DNA of 64,000 bases from Chrysomallon squamiferum (GCA_012295275.1 CM022671.1:18352001-18416000); one strand, 5' to 3'; shown: positions 27,727 through 41,590, counted from the stretch's first letter. Notes: a model not told the origin generated them from the letters alone. Numbers and translations are program-made.

Positions 27727-29079
27727 CGCATCATCCCACTATCTATCCACCTCCAACATTTTTTTAAGTCGCGAATACAGAATTTTCAAACGGTATTCAG
27801 TGTTAGATAAATTTAAAACAAACCAGTGATAAATATTGAAACTTTTTGCAATGGTGGATAAACTGTATTCATTTGCATGCACGCAGGCAGAACGCTACAT
27901 TGGCGTACGCAAACAAACAAACAACAAAACACTGAATGAAACACAAACTGGCATGCCTTCCAAAAATAACTTATTATTCTTGGATTCCGCCATTGACGTC
28001 ATTTAGCTTTTTTTTTTTTCTTCTGTTTTTTTCTTACGAGTTTTCACAGGTGCTTCTATATATTTTCTTCTTCTCTTCTTTTTTTTTTTTTTTTTTCTTC
28101 TTCATCTTCACGTGAGCACGTGCTGGTAAAATCAGTGGAAGTATTTTTTATTAGAAATGAATGCGCGACGTAAATACAAACGATTTTAGCTAATTGTGAG
28201 AACTTCATTTTTCGTGCGCGTTTGAATACCTCACTGTGAAGCAGCCCGGGTTTATTTAACGTTCCCATGGTGACCTTCACGTGAGAAAATGCAGCGTGTG
28301 TCATAAACAGCAAATGTTTCTTATCTTGTTTTCGTTTTCTGTCGGGTTTTTTCCCCCCCTAGGTTTTATTTTCCATTGTGTTTATATTTGTACTGCTATT
28401 TCTGTTTTCTTTTACTTTTGATTTTTTAAACTTTTTTGTTTGACTCTTCGGGCTTAGACGATTTCTGCATTATTCATTCATTCATTCATTATCATTATCA
28501 TCATCATAATCATCATTATTGTTGTTGTTGTCGTCGTCATCATCATCATCATTTTATTGTTATTATTGTCGGAAATAACCACAAAAATGTCATTTGATTA
28601 ATAAAAAAATATATGATACATTCCACTTAATGTATTTTAAAACATCGAAATTAAAAATAAAATAATGATAAAAATAAAACAGAAAAATCGGAATATTCAT
28701 AACGACAGAATACAGAAAAAAAGTAATATTTGTAGCTAATCTATTTCATAAATGATTAAACAATTATTCTCTATTTTCCTATATTGGCTGATCGTCACAT
28801 TCTTAAAGAAAACAAGATTATCGACTCAGTAAACATTTTTACATTGATTGATTTGTTACGTGCCCGCCGAAAGGTGGGATCAAGTGGGTTGTACGAGAAG
28901 GGGGGGAGAGCTTTGATGTCAAGGTCATTATGAATTTTCTTTTAACTAAAGCACATTTATTTATTTTCTGTCACAGAGAGATGAGGAGGGAAAGTTTTGT
29001 TTAAACAGAACACACAGATTAATTATTCCGTAATGTGGAGAAAAAAATAAGTTCTGTTTAACGACGTCGTTAGAGTATA

Positions 29080-29472
29080 TCGATTAATTTTCCATCATCG
29101 ACAATTTAAAAAAAAAAAATTAATTTAAAAACATCGAAAGAGTAGATTTATGAATTTTCTATCATCGACTTTTTAAAATTAAAAAATAAACAATTTTTTA
29201 TTTTTATTTTGTTTTTTTTTATAAAATGTCTGTTTAACACATTAGTTAATTTTATGTCATCGGCTATTAAAAAGAGCTTCATTTAACGACCCCTCTGGGA
29301 GATATTTATTAATTTTCTTTCATCGGCTTTGAGACAACTAGAACGTATTAATTACTGGTATGGCATCGGCTTTCAGACAACTAGAACGTATTCATTACTG
29401 CTATGGCATCGGCTATTAGTGAAAGTTTTATTTAAAAAACACCCTGACTGATTAACTCTCATCGGCTATTAG
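29080..29472. repeat. Degenerate tandem array with a recent 43-bp duplication
   Basis: CATCGGCTTT(G/C)AGACAACTAGAACGTATT(A/C)ATTACTG(G/C)TATGG twice at ~29321-29406. The core T(T/G)AATTTT....CATCG(A/G)C recurs at ~60-bp spacing upstream. Confidence 0.7.
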
Positions 29473-30037
29473 ATGGTATATATTCTTTATTTTGGACATA
29501 CGTAGTCAACATTTTTCACTTAACCAAAAGGAATCTTTTTTTGCGCAAAATGTCGCTCAAACAGACAACTTTTAATGGTCCATCATAACCAGAGGTAACG
29601 TTTGCCGTTCAATCTCACAGAAATTGAATTTACACTAATAATTTACAACGGAGGTTTTAATATTCACATTATTTCTAAAATCTGAGGTAATAAAGATTAA
29701 TACAGAAATAAAAACGTATGCTGAAAAAATACGTCTGTGTTCATCGTTTTTACAGCCTCAGTCAAGACGAACGCCAACCACAAAAACAACAGCACGAAGA
29801 AGAAGTGCTTCAACAACTTCATTTGCAACGACAGCAGCATCAGCATCATCATAACCACCATACAACCATCAACATCAACAACGACGCTACTACTACTACT
29901 ACCAATACTGCTACATCTGCTACTAGTACTGCTTTTACCTCTTAATACAACATCTACTACCTAGTATACTATTACTGCTGCAACTACTCAGTTTATTCTT
30001 GATACCATCACAACCAATACTCCTTCTACTTCTAATT

Positions 30038-30090
<53 letters not shown>

Positions 30091-31729
30091 TCATAATCAT
30101 AATCATAATCATAATGAGATAAAACCAAAAATAATAAGAACAACAACAACAACAACAGTATCCGGTAAGTTAAATAAAAAACAATTAGAAGCAGGTATTA
30201 AGCGACCAGGCCCTTTCGATCAGCCTATTAAGGTTATTACTTATAAATGCACTTACTTATTAATCATCAACTGATTAATTAACCATGTCCGTTTATAATT
30301 TGAGTCATTTTCTATTCCATAATTGTTTTACTTTTCGGTTGGCCGTGCGCGCACTTAAATATAGTGACAGTCTATCAGTGTTTAAAACTGTGATTAGGCT
30401 CGATTGATTAATTGACTACATAATCGATACCCACAATTTTCTCTGATTGCTAATGTGGGCATACTTAGAGAGAACATGTCCCAGAGTTGAAAAAATCTTT
30501 CCCGAAGGACGCTTCTCTGAAAATCTGAATTACATTCTAACACTGTTCGGTAAAGGAAAATGGATTTCTTTAAAATATACATGGCTTTAAAATTGTCATT
30601 AGTGTTTGTTTTGTTTTCATATAATCGGTTTGTTATTTCACAAATGTTACAGATGTTAAAACAACAGCGACTACAACTACAAAACAACAGTTACTAATAA
30701 TGCTTTATAACTATTCTTATTATTACAACGACTGCTATTAGTAGTAGTTGTATTTCAGCTACTACTCCTACTACTACTACCACTACAATTTCTGTTAATA
30801 GGCCTAGCGTCAACACTGCTACAAAAAAACCCTACTTCTACTAATACAACTACTATTACTTTTACTACTACCATTACTACTACTGCTACTGTCACCACCA
30901 ACATTACAGTTACGGCTACTTCAACTACTACTGTTGCTACTACAACTACTTCTGCGACCACCAACATTATAGCTATCACTATTACAACCACAGTTATTAC
31001 ATATTACAGTACAATTACTACTGTAACTACTACTACTACCACTGTTACTACTACTATCACTGTTACTACTACTACTACAACTACTACTACTACTACTACT
31101 TATTATTATTATTATTAGTAGTAGTAGTAGTAGTAGTAGTAATAGTAGTAATAGTAGTATCAGTAGTGGTAGTAGTAGCAGTAGTAATTTTCACTTCTTT
31201 CTTTTTTTATCGAGTGTCAGTGGTTTTCTTTATTTTTAAGATATATCTTTATTTATTAACTACTATTTCTTATCTTCCTTCCTTCCTTCTTTCGTTCTTT
31301 CTTTCTTTCTTTTAAACCCTTACACAGAATGGTGTGTCTTTGGATGTCAGTACTGACAGACGGACGTACATCTGTGTGTTGGTCTTTGCCTTTTCAGCGA
31401 CCTCGACATTCGTGTATTCTGAATTAACTCGAATACAGAGACAGAGACAGGTAATTAACAACCTGTTGTGTCAAATTGATTATTTATGCTGAGAATAAAA
31501 CAGAAAAAAAAAACAACAAAAAACCATATATATATATATATATATATATTATTAATGAAATTATTAATTTATAATTGACAGTCATTACTGTGGCACGCAC
31601 GTACGTACAATTAATATCAAAGTACGCAAATATCTACATTGTGAAAATAATTACGGGGTCGCACGGTACATTTTTAACACGTGCGACAAGAGGGTCGACA
31701 CGGCATGTTGTCTCTGAAAAATTCACCTT

Positions 31730-31762
<33 letters not shown>

Positions 31763-31875
31763 AACAACAACAAAAATAAAATTAAAATAAATACAAAAAA
31801 CACATAATAATAACTGAAATAACAAGAAGAACAATAACGATATAATAATATCAACTAATAAGAAACAACAACGGA

Positions 31876-31927
<52 letters not shown>

Positions 31928-32694
31928 TTCATACTGGTAATGACAACAATGATGATAATAATGACGACCGTGATGGCGATGAAAATAATAATAATAGCAG
32001 TTAGAAAAAGTGCTACAGTTACCAACATCATCAAATCACGTCAACCACAACCGCCACCATTACTTGTATTACTATTACTTGTATTACTATTACTAGTTAT
32101 TTCATTATTTTACTAAAACTACTTCAACTCTACTTCTTAATTTTATTATACTACTTCAGTTTATTGTTCTACCATTACTTATGCACTACTACTTCTGCCA
32201 TTACTACCTTTATTACTACTGCAATACTACTACCGCTGTTACTACTACTACTACTACTTACTACTATTATTACTACTACTACTACTGCTATTACTATTAC
32301 TATTATACTACTACTAATACAACTGTAATATTACTACTACTATTATATTACTATTTCTACAACTGTTGTTACTACTTCTACTACAACCACCACCACCACT
32401 ACTACAACTACTTCTATAAATACTACACCTTGTTATACGTTCAGCTTTGAAAAATCCTCGCAACCTTGTAACTGTCAAACTTTGAAACACCGTGAAGCCT
32501 GACATATCAATTAGCTGGAAATATTATACAACTTGAAAAGTAGCAGAAAACTCCAATATCTCGCAAATTAATATAACACATCATGAAACATACAAATGCA
32601 CCTACCAGATTACTAATATAAAAGACTTTTTCCCTAACCTCTAAATGTCATGCTACTTGCAATTTCCAGCTTCTTGTGCCTTGGCCGCACAATC

Positions 32695-32985
32695 CAGGGA
32701 CGGTTCTGTGATTGTATAAAGAGGGGATCACGATTTTTGTCATATATATATATATATATATTATGTATATTTAAGGAATTTCATTATGAAGGAAAAAATA
32801 TGGGTCTCCATAAATTACGGAGTGGGGTCAGAGAGGGATGAAATGCGCCCCGTGAGAAATTTTAAAGGACTTTCCAATAGAAATAAGTTTTTTTTTTTTT
32901 TTAAGAAAGGTCATCGCTTGGGGAAAAAAAAATGGTGGGTGGGGTAGGACGTGCGCTGACTTTGCTCCTGCTGAATACATGGATG
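32695..32985. mobile_element. Possible heavily degraded non-autonomous DNA element (G-run-rich MITE type)
   Basis: Layout CAGGGACGGTTC..AAAGAGGGG / GGGGTC..CGCCCC..GAAATTTT / GGGG..CGTGCGC..CTGAATAC resembles G-run MITEs common in marine invertebrates. TIRs and TSD are not resolvable. Confidence 0.3.
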
Positions 32986-35275
32986 TGATTTATAGTTTTG
33001 AATACAAAGACATAAATACTAAATATATTTCACGGTGGGAAGTTCAAGTAGTCTTGATAACATTCCTTATAACTAGTATAATATTATCATACGATTGGGA
33101 ATAATTTTTTGGATATATCCTTCCTTTGCTGTTGTTGTTGTTGTTATTATTATTATTATTATCATCATCAATATCATAATAATATCGAAACTTTTGAGAT
33201 ATTTCCCGTTCCTGCCTGTTTCTCATGACTGGTTATCATAGCTGTGGTAGTTGCTTTCCTTTCTGTGGGAAGGTGCATATGAAACATTTCTTTCCGCTAA
33301 TGGAAAATGTAGCGCGTTTTCTTTTACTCGTAATGTAAAAACTGGCTAAGAGTCTCTGGTAGTGAAGAGATTAGAACACAGACTAAATGGTCGCGAGATC
33401 AATCCCCATAATCTGCATCAATGGGTCAGTAGTTCGTTCCAGTTTGTTAGTCAAAGGACATCGAGTGTGTGTTCTCTTATTTACATAAATGTAAATGACT
33501 GTTAGGCTCTCTGCTCCCGTGGAACTAACGGGTTTCCTTTCTGATTTTAAGTATTTATTTTTATTGTTGTTGATGCTTTTATTATTTTTAAATTGATCAT
33601 CATCATTATAATAATTATTACAAATACGGTCATTGTTGTGCATGTTATCGTTTTTATTATTAACTGGGTTATGTCGTGTTATGTTATGTTGTGTTATGTT
33701 ATGTTGTTGTGCTATGTTATACTATGCGATTATTGTATTAATTATTATATTATTATTTATTTATTATTTTAGTCTTTTTAAAAAAATGTACCCCCCCCCC
33801 TCGGTAATATATTTTTTATTTCATTCTTCTGTTCTTATAAATATTTTTTTCTAATTATCATTACATTATTATTTTGGTTATTACATTTATGGTCGATTTC
33901 TTTCATTCTTTCCACTTGCCATTCTGCACAATTTTTTTCTTTTCTTTTCTTTTCGGCGGGAAAAAAAAAACAAATTCCTCTATTATCAACCATTTTGAAT
34001 GTTTGTGCATAAATATATTTCTCCATTACATGCTTTACGAAACAAGAAGCGAACATTTAAAATTGTGTCTAAAATCGTGCTTCCATTAGTGGCCATGAAT
34101 AGCGAAATGCAGTGTGCCTACATTAATGAAAACTATAATGGCACCGGTTCATTTGATTGTGAATTTAATGCATTCATGCTAAATATGACGCGGTCCGCGT
34201 TTCAGAAGACACCGCGCACTGTGCCGTGTAATATTCCCGCCATTTGATCAGGCGACGCCTAAACGCCGGCTTTATTTTGAAGCCCTCTTTCGAAGCACAT
34301 TTGTTGTTATAAATTCATAAACTGTGAAATAGCGATGTTGTCTGAAAGATAATATGTTTGTCATTATCGTGGTCGTTGTTGCTGCTGCTGTCACTATCAT
34401 CTTTATTATTATTATTATTATTATTAAAACTGTTATTGTCGACGTTTTTTTATTTATTTATTTATTTATACATTCTTTCATTCATTCATTTTCTTATTAT
34501 TATCGTTTTAAATAAATGACCTAAACATGTATACATACACACATACAATTTTATTATAGGCTTATAAACAAACGTTAACATAATACAATGTGCTGCCAAT
34601 ACATACATACATACACGCGTACATACATACATATATATAAATACATGAGTACATACATACATACATATACATACATAAATATATGAGTACATACATATAT
34701 ACATTCATACTTAAATACATGTGTACATAATATATACATATATTATATATGTGTGTGTATATGTATATAGAGGCACACACGTCTATACACAGACGCACAT
34801 ACATACATATACATACATTAGGTATATACACACACAAACAGATACATACATGCATACATACGCGCATATATACACATACAGATACACACATGCATACATA
34901 CATACAGTCATACAGTGACACAGACAAACATCTGCAAACAGAGAGAGAGAGAGAGAGATTGAGATTTTATGACCTACAAATCATATTATTAATTACCGTT
35001 ACAAATAAAATACTTTTGAGTACTGACACATTTTGCTATAACCTATAGGATATCGATTCTGAGCAAACAAAAACCATTAATTTTTACTTAAAATAACGCT
35101 GTTTTTTTCATGATGTCACGAACAAGTAATTTTTTCGATTTCAAAAAATAAAATTAAAATCTAACACCATTTCAATTGTGACCGTTTTCCATTTCCTACC
35201 TTTTGGGGTTAAATTTATTTATTTTATTTATATCGTTTTATATTACTTATTTATTTATTTTTTTTTTTATGATCA

Positions 35276-35348
<73 letters not shown>

Positions 35349-35631
35349 TTAATAATTACACTACGACTACTACTACAACCACTACCATTTCATTTCCTAT
35401 TATCACTGGTTTTGTTAACAACAACAAAAAACACTTCTACCACTACAAGTTCTTTTGCTACTCTAGTATGTTAATTACTATTACAACAACAACAACAACA
35501 ACAACAACAACAGGCCGGTAAGTAAATATGTTTGGGCTCCACCACCGAATACAATAGCAGTTGTAATAATAGAAATAGTAATAATAGTAGAAATAGAAGA
35601 AGAAGTAGCAATAGTAGCAGTAGTAGTAGTA

Positions 35632-35683
<52 letters not shown>

Positions 35684-36479
35684 CAACAACAACAACATTA
35701 ATAATGGTCATAAAATACAGACAACGACGATAATAATGATGATAATTTCACAGGCATCACAATAATGATAAACACCGCATAATGACTGGAAAAACGTGTT
35801 AACGCCGGAGATTACGTCATACACATTTCAATATGCATTCCTACACAGGACTCCATTGCCGTATGTACCCACGTCAGCATGTCACCTCATACTGCTTCAG
35901 CAAAACACATTTCTGCAAGACGCATATCACAGAGATACAGAACGTAAACACGTGATTCACATATGCATGCATGTATAATTATGGAAACATACGTAAGCAC
36001 GAATGCGTGTATGTATAAATACATGCGTAAAAACGTAAATGTATAATTATGCTAATTATATATGTGAGAGCGTATACATATATACATATATGTATACGCA
36101 CATATGTATATGAGTTTGTGTACGTATGAATGTATGTATGTATGTATGTATGTATGTGTTTGGCTTGTGTATGTATGTATGTATGCATATGTATGTGTAT
36201 ATGTAGGTACACACACACACACATATATATTTATGTATATATATACATACACGTATATCTCTATGCGTATGTATGTATGAATGTATATATGTATATATGT
36301 ATGTATGTATGTGTGTTTGTATGTATGAATGTGTGTGTATATATATATATATATATACATATATACATACATACATACAAAATCACAGTTTTCACCATGT
36401 ATGTATTATTAATTAACGCAATGCAAATACTGTTTTCTAACTAGCGGTATACTGAAATACTTTCCTGTCAAACAGAGAT

Positions 36480-36906
36480 TGATAAATGTCTGGGAAACGA
36501 AGTGAAAAAGCGAAATCGAGATATTCCAAATTTGGAGCACCCATCGCGGTTCCATTCAATGGAGGCTATCGCCGATTTCGCGGCGCTGATTGGACCGATC
36601 CGTTTGACATAAGCGAAATAGGCGTGTTTGTTTTCATTGTGACGAACGAAATTATGGGCGTCTCCACAAGTCACATCTTCAGTTGACGTCAACCATAACC
36701 CATGTCAGTTGCTAGGCAATGACCGACGAGCCAGTCATAATTGAGAACGAGCTGTCCATCAAGCGGTCTTGGCGCCTTTGTGAGACGCGCGAAATGCCCA
36801 CCCACGATGGGACCAATAGTTAGACAGAGGGATTGCGATCTGTACGTTTAGTCCCACGTGCACGATTGTTTGTGGTAGTTAGATAGCAGTAGACAGGGTA
36901 GGAAAT
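36480..36906 (+). promoter_or_regulatory. CpG-rich proximal promoter and 5' leader of msi
   Basis: Non-repetitive CpG-dense block just upstream of the ATG. Contains E2F-type TTTCGCGG (36576) and GCGCGAAA (36787), CCAAT boxes (ATTGG 36589, CCAAT 36813), CRE TGACGTCA (36684), X-box-like GTTGCTAGGCAAT (36708) and E-box CACGTG (36855). Confidence 0.75.
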
Positions 36907-36974
36907 ATGAAGATGGATTCTCAGACTCAACAATCTTCACCAAATAGTAATGAAGAAATACCTAATGATCCTGG
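36907..36974 (+). CDS. msi: Musashi homolog, coding exon 1 (MKMDSQTQQSSPNSNEEIPNDPG)
   Basis: ATG at 36907 follows an in-frame TAG at 36880. A second ATG at 36913 has better context (aagATGG). The exon ends ...AAT GAT CCT GG|GTATGT (phase 2) and joins in frame to exon 2, giving the Musashi-type 'DPGKMFIGGL'. Confidence 0.88.
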
Positions 36975-37131
36975 GTATGTATGCAGCGCGTTTGAATTTC
37001 CACTCGGTGCTTTCCGCGATCTTCCGTAATGGCTGCAGCCACTTTATGCAGGCACTTTCTTCCAAATAGGTCAGGAGCGTTCAAAGAACGACACCTCCTG
37101 CTAACAAAAAAATTTCTCTTTAATTTTTCAG

Positions 37132-37172
37132 GAAAATGTTCATTGGGGGACTGTCGTGGCAAACAACCGCAG
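37132..37172 (+). CDS. msi: Musashi homolog, exon 2 (KMFIGGLSWQTTA; RRM1 RNP2 motif)
   Basis: Branch-like GCTAAC near 37100, pyrimidine tract and TTTTTCAG acceptor, CAG|GTAAGC donor. 41 nt. Encodes RNP2 MFIGGL and the conserved Trp (GLSWQTT). Confidence 0.97.
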
Positions 37173-38405
37173 GTAAGCCATTTGATCTATTTGTTAACGT
37201 GTGAGTGTGTCACTTGATCGTTGTAGTAATGCGCCTTTCATTCATAATCTGCTTGCGGTGTGTAAATTCGTCCGCTGTGGGTTCTCGCGCAAGCGGCTCG
37301 AATCGACCTCCAAGCAGTCTCGTTATGGTATCTGTTTTTATCAGAGCAGACGTAAATATCTCGACGCTTTGGCTAAAAATCGACACGCCCAGCAGAATAT
37401 CTAACACACTCTTCAAACTGTGCGATTAAAATCTTCTGATGATTTTTTATTTTTTTTTCTCCTTCTTCTTCTCCTTTTGATGTATTACGTTTCGCCATTA
37501 ATAAAGACATAGTATTCCGAAACGGCGCACTTGCAGAACGCCAGAATATTTTAATTATGACTATTTCTTTACGCCTCATTGGTTATAAATAACTACCACG
37601 TCTAAAATTATCTTCGTTACGGATCGCTCGCTTTTCGTTGCTGTTTGCTCGTTATTAAAAAACGTATGCGTGTATATTTATATATTTTACAAGAGATATT
37701 TCAAGTGGTTATTGACAATTCCTAAATTTAAGGGTTTAAAAAACAGAAAGAAAGAAAAAACGCGGGCTTCTGTTTATTTGTAACGGGATATTTCCTTCGG
37801 TTTAATCTGCCAATCAATCAACTGTTTGGATCGTGCTAACATTCACTGGTGATGGTTCATGAACAACTGTCGGTTTTCAAACGGGTGAATGGAAATAAAT
37901 TAATTTTTCAGTGCATATCAACTTACGTGCAGTTATTTTACAAGAATAGCGATGGCCGAACGTTAATTTCAGAGTTTTTTGTCGTTTATGCAAATGCTGA
38001 TACGGAGTCGGTTTAAAAATAAACGATTTCAATATTTTAAGTAACTGTCGATTTCTTTTCATGAGCAGCTGTTGCCATTTCACGTAATTAATAACAGATA
38101 TAGGTTATTAATAAATATGATAAATTATTGCTGCATGTTAGCATTAAAGAGCGAAGATGCCATATTTAAATGGCGTGTTTACGTAATATGTAATTATTTT
38201 GATTTTATGTGGTGTATAATATTCTGTACAGCATCGACTTTGAGTAGATGGTGTTGATTACAACTTCAGTCAGTTGAAATCATTAATAATAATGTTTAAT
38301 AAATTGCATGTAATCATATAGGATAATTTGTTCTTTGTTTTTTCTTCTTTAAATAAATTCTTCTTTTTTTACTTGATGTGTTTACATACATAATTTATAG
38401 CTTTT

Positions 38406-38463
<58 letters not shown>

Positions 38464-38557
38464 CATATGTATATGTACATCAGATGGAATACTGTTTGAT
38501 AAGACTGCCATCTTTCTAGCCCAGATATCAAGTTCTCTTCTTGTTTCTGTATTTCAG

Positions 38558-38639
38558 AAGGTCTGAGGGAGTATTTTAATAAATATGGAGAGATTAAGGA
38601 AACAATGGTTATGAAAGACCCAACAACAAAGCGATCAAG
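38558..38639 (+). CDS. msi: Musashi homolog, exon 3 ([28 protein letters not shown])
   Basis: TTTCAG acceptor and AAG|GTTTGT donor. 82 nt. Phases match exons 2 and 4. Closely resembles MSI1/2 '[28 protein letters not shown]'. Confidence 0.97.
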
Positions 38640-41590
38640 GTTTGTACTTCTTAAAAGTGACAAGAATAATAATAATAATGTTTATTATTATTTTTTTAAT
38701 TTACAGTTTACTTTGCATTGGTAGTGGTTTTTTTCTATGGTGCATGTGTTTATATTGTTAACCTTGCTTTTCACAATTTGCTCGTATTACACATATACAC
38801 AGGTCACTGGATCTTCTGCTAATGTGTCATTTGGAGATATGAAACAAATACTAATAAATGCTACATAAATTACCTTCTTCAGTTATTATCATTTTTAACC
38901 AAAAATATTTATAATGTAAAACACTAGTTACTATTTATAATAAGGACATTTAATAATAAAGTAAATAAATAAAATTAAATGATTAAAATAACACAATCTA
39001 CAACTACAATATTAATTTTCAGATATTGTAGATCTGTATTTAAAGAATTATTATTATTATTATTATTTTTATTAATCAAACGTGCCTGTTGTAACCACAT
39101 GTCTGTCATTGTACTGGATATTTTAATAAATCTCAGCCACATTTTTGCATCTCCAAATGGACAAAAGCAGCTGTTATCAGTGTCTGTTGGCATATGTAAT
39201 TCTCTCAAACACAGTAGCATAGCTCTCTTGTATGCAATAGTCGACCAACTATCATATTAATGTCTGTACCAAACTCTTTATTTTTTTATTTGCATTTTGT
39301 TTGACGAAATCACTGTTTGAAAATCATTAGTGAGCGATTGGTGAGATGTGTTCTTGTTTTAGTTTTGCCTGCAGTTTTAGTCATGCACCATATTGACAAA
39401 ACAATTCATTGAAGTGGGCCATGATCTGCATTGGAACTGGAAAATTACATGCAAAATGTCCGAGAGTCAGTTTAGTGTAGCCATTTCATTAGCTATTTAC
39501 AAGTAAAAATAAATGTATATATATAATTTAAATAATAATATGTTAGGTCTGAACAAACTGCACAGATTCATGTAATATAAGATATTGGATACAGCAGATA
39601 TTGTATAAAGTATTACCAATTCTTGTGTTGAATAATAAATTAAGTTCAGTTTCTTAAGTATATTTTTTAATATAATAATAATAATAATAAATTTATATTT
39701 AATATACATATAATTTAAAATAATAACAATAATAAATGATGTATGATAAAGTCAAACAACATAAAATGTATAAACAAAATTCAAATCTTGCTTTAATGTT
39801 GAAACAACAATTCTCTTGTAAAACCAGATAGCAAATAATAATAATAATAAACAAAAAGAGGAACTATAGCAATCAAAAAGAGAAATTAAAATTAAAAAAT
39901 TAAAGCAATTTCAAATCATTGTCACTCTTATGTTTTATATGTATCTGGACATTTTATCACAGGGAGCAAAAATAAATATCACCCTGTTTCTATTACTTGA
40001 GCAGTACAGAGATGTCTTAGTTCAGTGTGGGTGTGTCGTGTAATAAAAACAGTAATCTGTTCTAGTATCAAATGAAGCTTTTAAGTTTCCAGGCTTTTAA
40101 AAGCTTTGCCTAAATATATTATATATCTTTAAGGAACATAAAAATGGATTTAATAATCATAATAAAAAATTAAATTAATTGTATGAAATAAATCAATCAT
40201 TAATGTTAATAATTAAAATAAAGTAAGCAAAATATTAAATAATATAAAATAGAACAATAAAACAATAATGAAATATAATATAATAAATTCAAAATGAAGA
40301 AACAAAAAATGAAATAAGAATTTTTACATGTACTTTTTAAATAGGTTGTTGTATAAAATGTACATATAACATAGTATCACTTTTTGAAATGCCACTGAAA
40401 TGTTAAACGTAAATTATTGAAAACCTTTGTATTTCTAGAAAGTAGAACATAAATGTTAACATACATAATATAATACAAAGTACAATTTAATATTTTTACA
40501 ATGTAGAACTAAAATATAATTCTTAAATAATAATTTTTAAAAAAATTTAATATTAATAATTCAAATTAAATTACATAATTATAGTATTAAAATGATTTTG
40601 TCAACAGTAACTACTTAGAGAATAATGAAACTATAAAGTTACACTTGCTGACATTACTTGAAATGATGTGTACAGTAATTACAAAAGTTAAGAAACAAAG
40701 GCCCTAAATCCCAAGAAAGTCAACAGAAGACAAAAAGGGGGAAAAAATTAAATAAATAAATAAACAAGAAAAAACCCACAAATGAAACATACATGACCAT
40801 ATAATAAATTATTGTAATTATTGAAGGTAACTACAGTTTTAATAAGATGATTATATAAATAAAGTTTGTAAAACATAATGCAGCAAATCACAATCATTTT
40901 AAAATAAATATATCCTATGCACTTTACATTTATTTAAAATGTCTTTATTTTAGTGTTAAATATTTGCAGTGATTTCCCAATGTTACCTAATAAAACTGGT
41001 CTCAGATGGATTAATAAACACATTTTATTTCTTTTTAAAATAAAAAAGCAAAATTTAATATTATTTTATACACACACAAAATCTCATTTAACAGAGCAGC
41101 CATTTTTTTTCTTCTTTTATAAAATAAAATAGTAATTCTGAACCACAGATATAAATTTAAAAAAAATTAAAATGAATCTGTTTAAGTAATTGTTTAAAAT
41201 ACACACAGTAGTTACAACCAATTTATTTACTTGCTAAATGAAATACAACAGATTTTATTTTATTTTTATGTCTGAAAACAAAAAGTACATAAAGAAATTA
41301 CATGATACATTGTTATAAATGTTTTGTGAACAATAAACATTAGTAGTGTTATAGGTGTTTAAAATAACATAACATAAAAACTGACAACATTTTAAAAGCT
41401 AGAACATAACATAATGTTAATATATAAATTTAAAAAAAAAGGTGACACAAATAATCTTTTCGTTACATAGCTATGTATTAAACAAAACCTAAGATGGTAA
41501 ATACATATAATTTGCTATGTGATTTCCAAGTCTAATGTGGACCTGGCCCTAGGTTGGTGTACTTGTACTTATGTTGGTGTTGTTTTTCAG

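Noticed and set aside
37029-37217. 62-aa + strand ORF overlapping msi exon 2
   Set aside because: Wrong frame and mostly intron 1. The true exon frame gives KMFIGGLSWQTTA.
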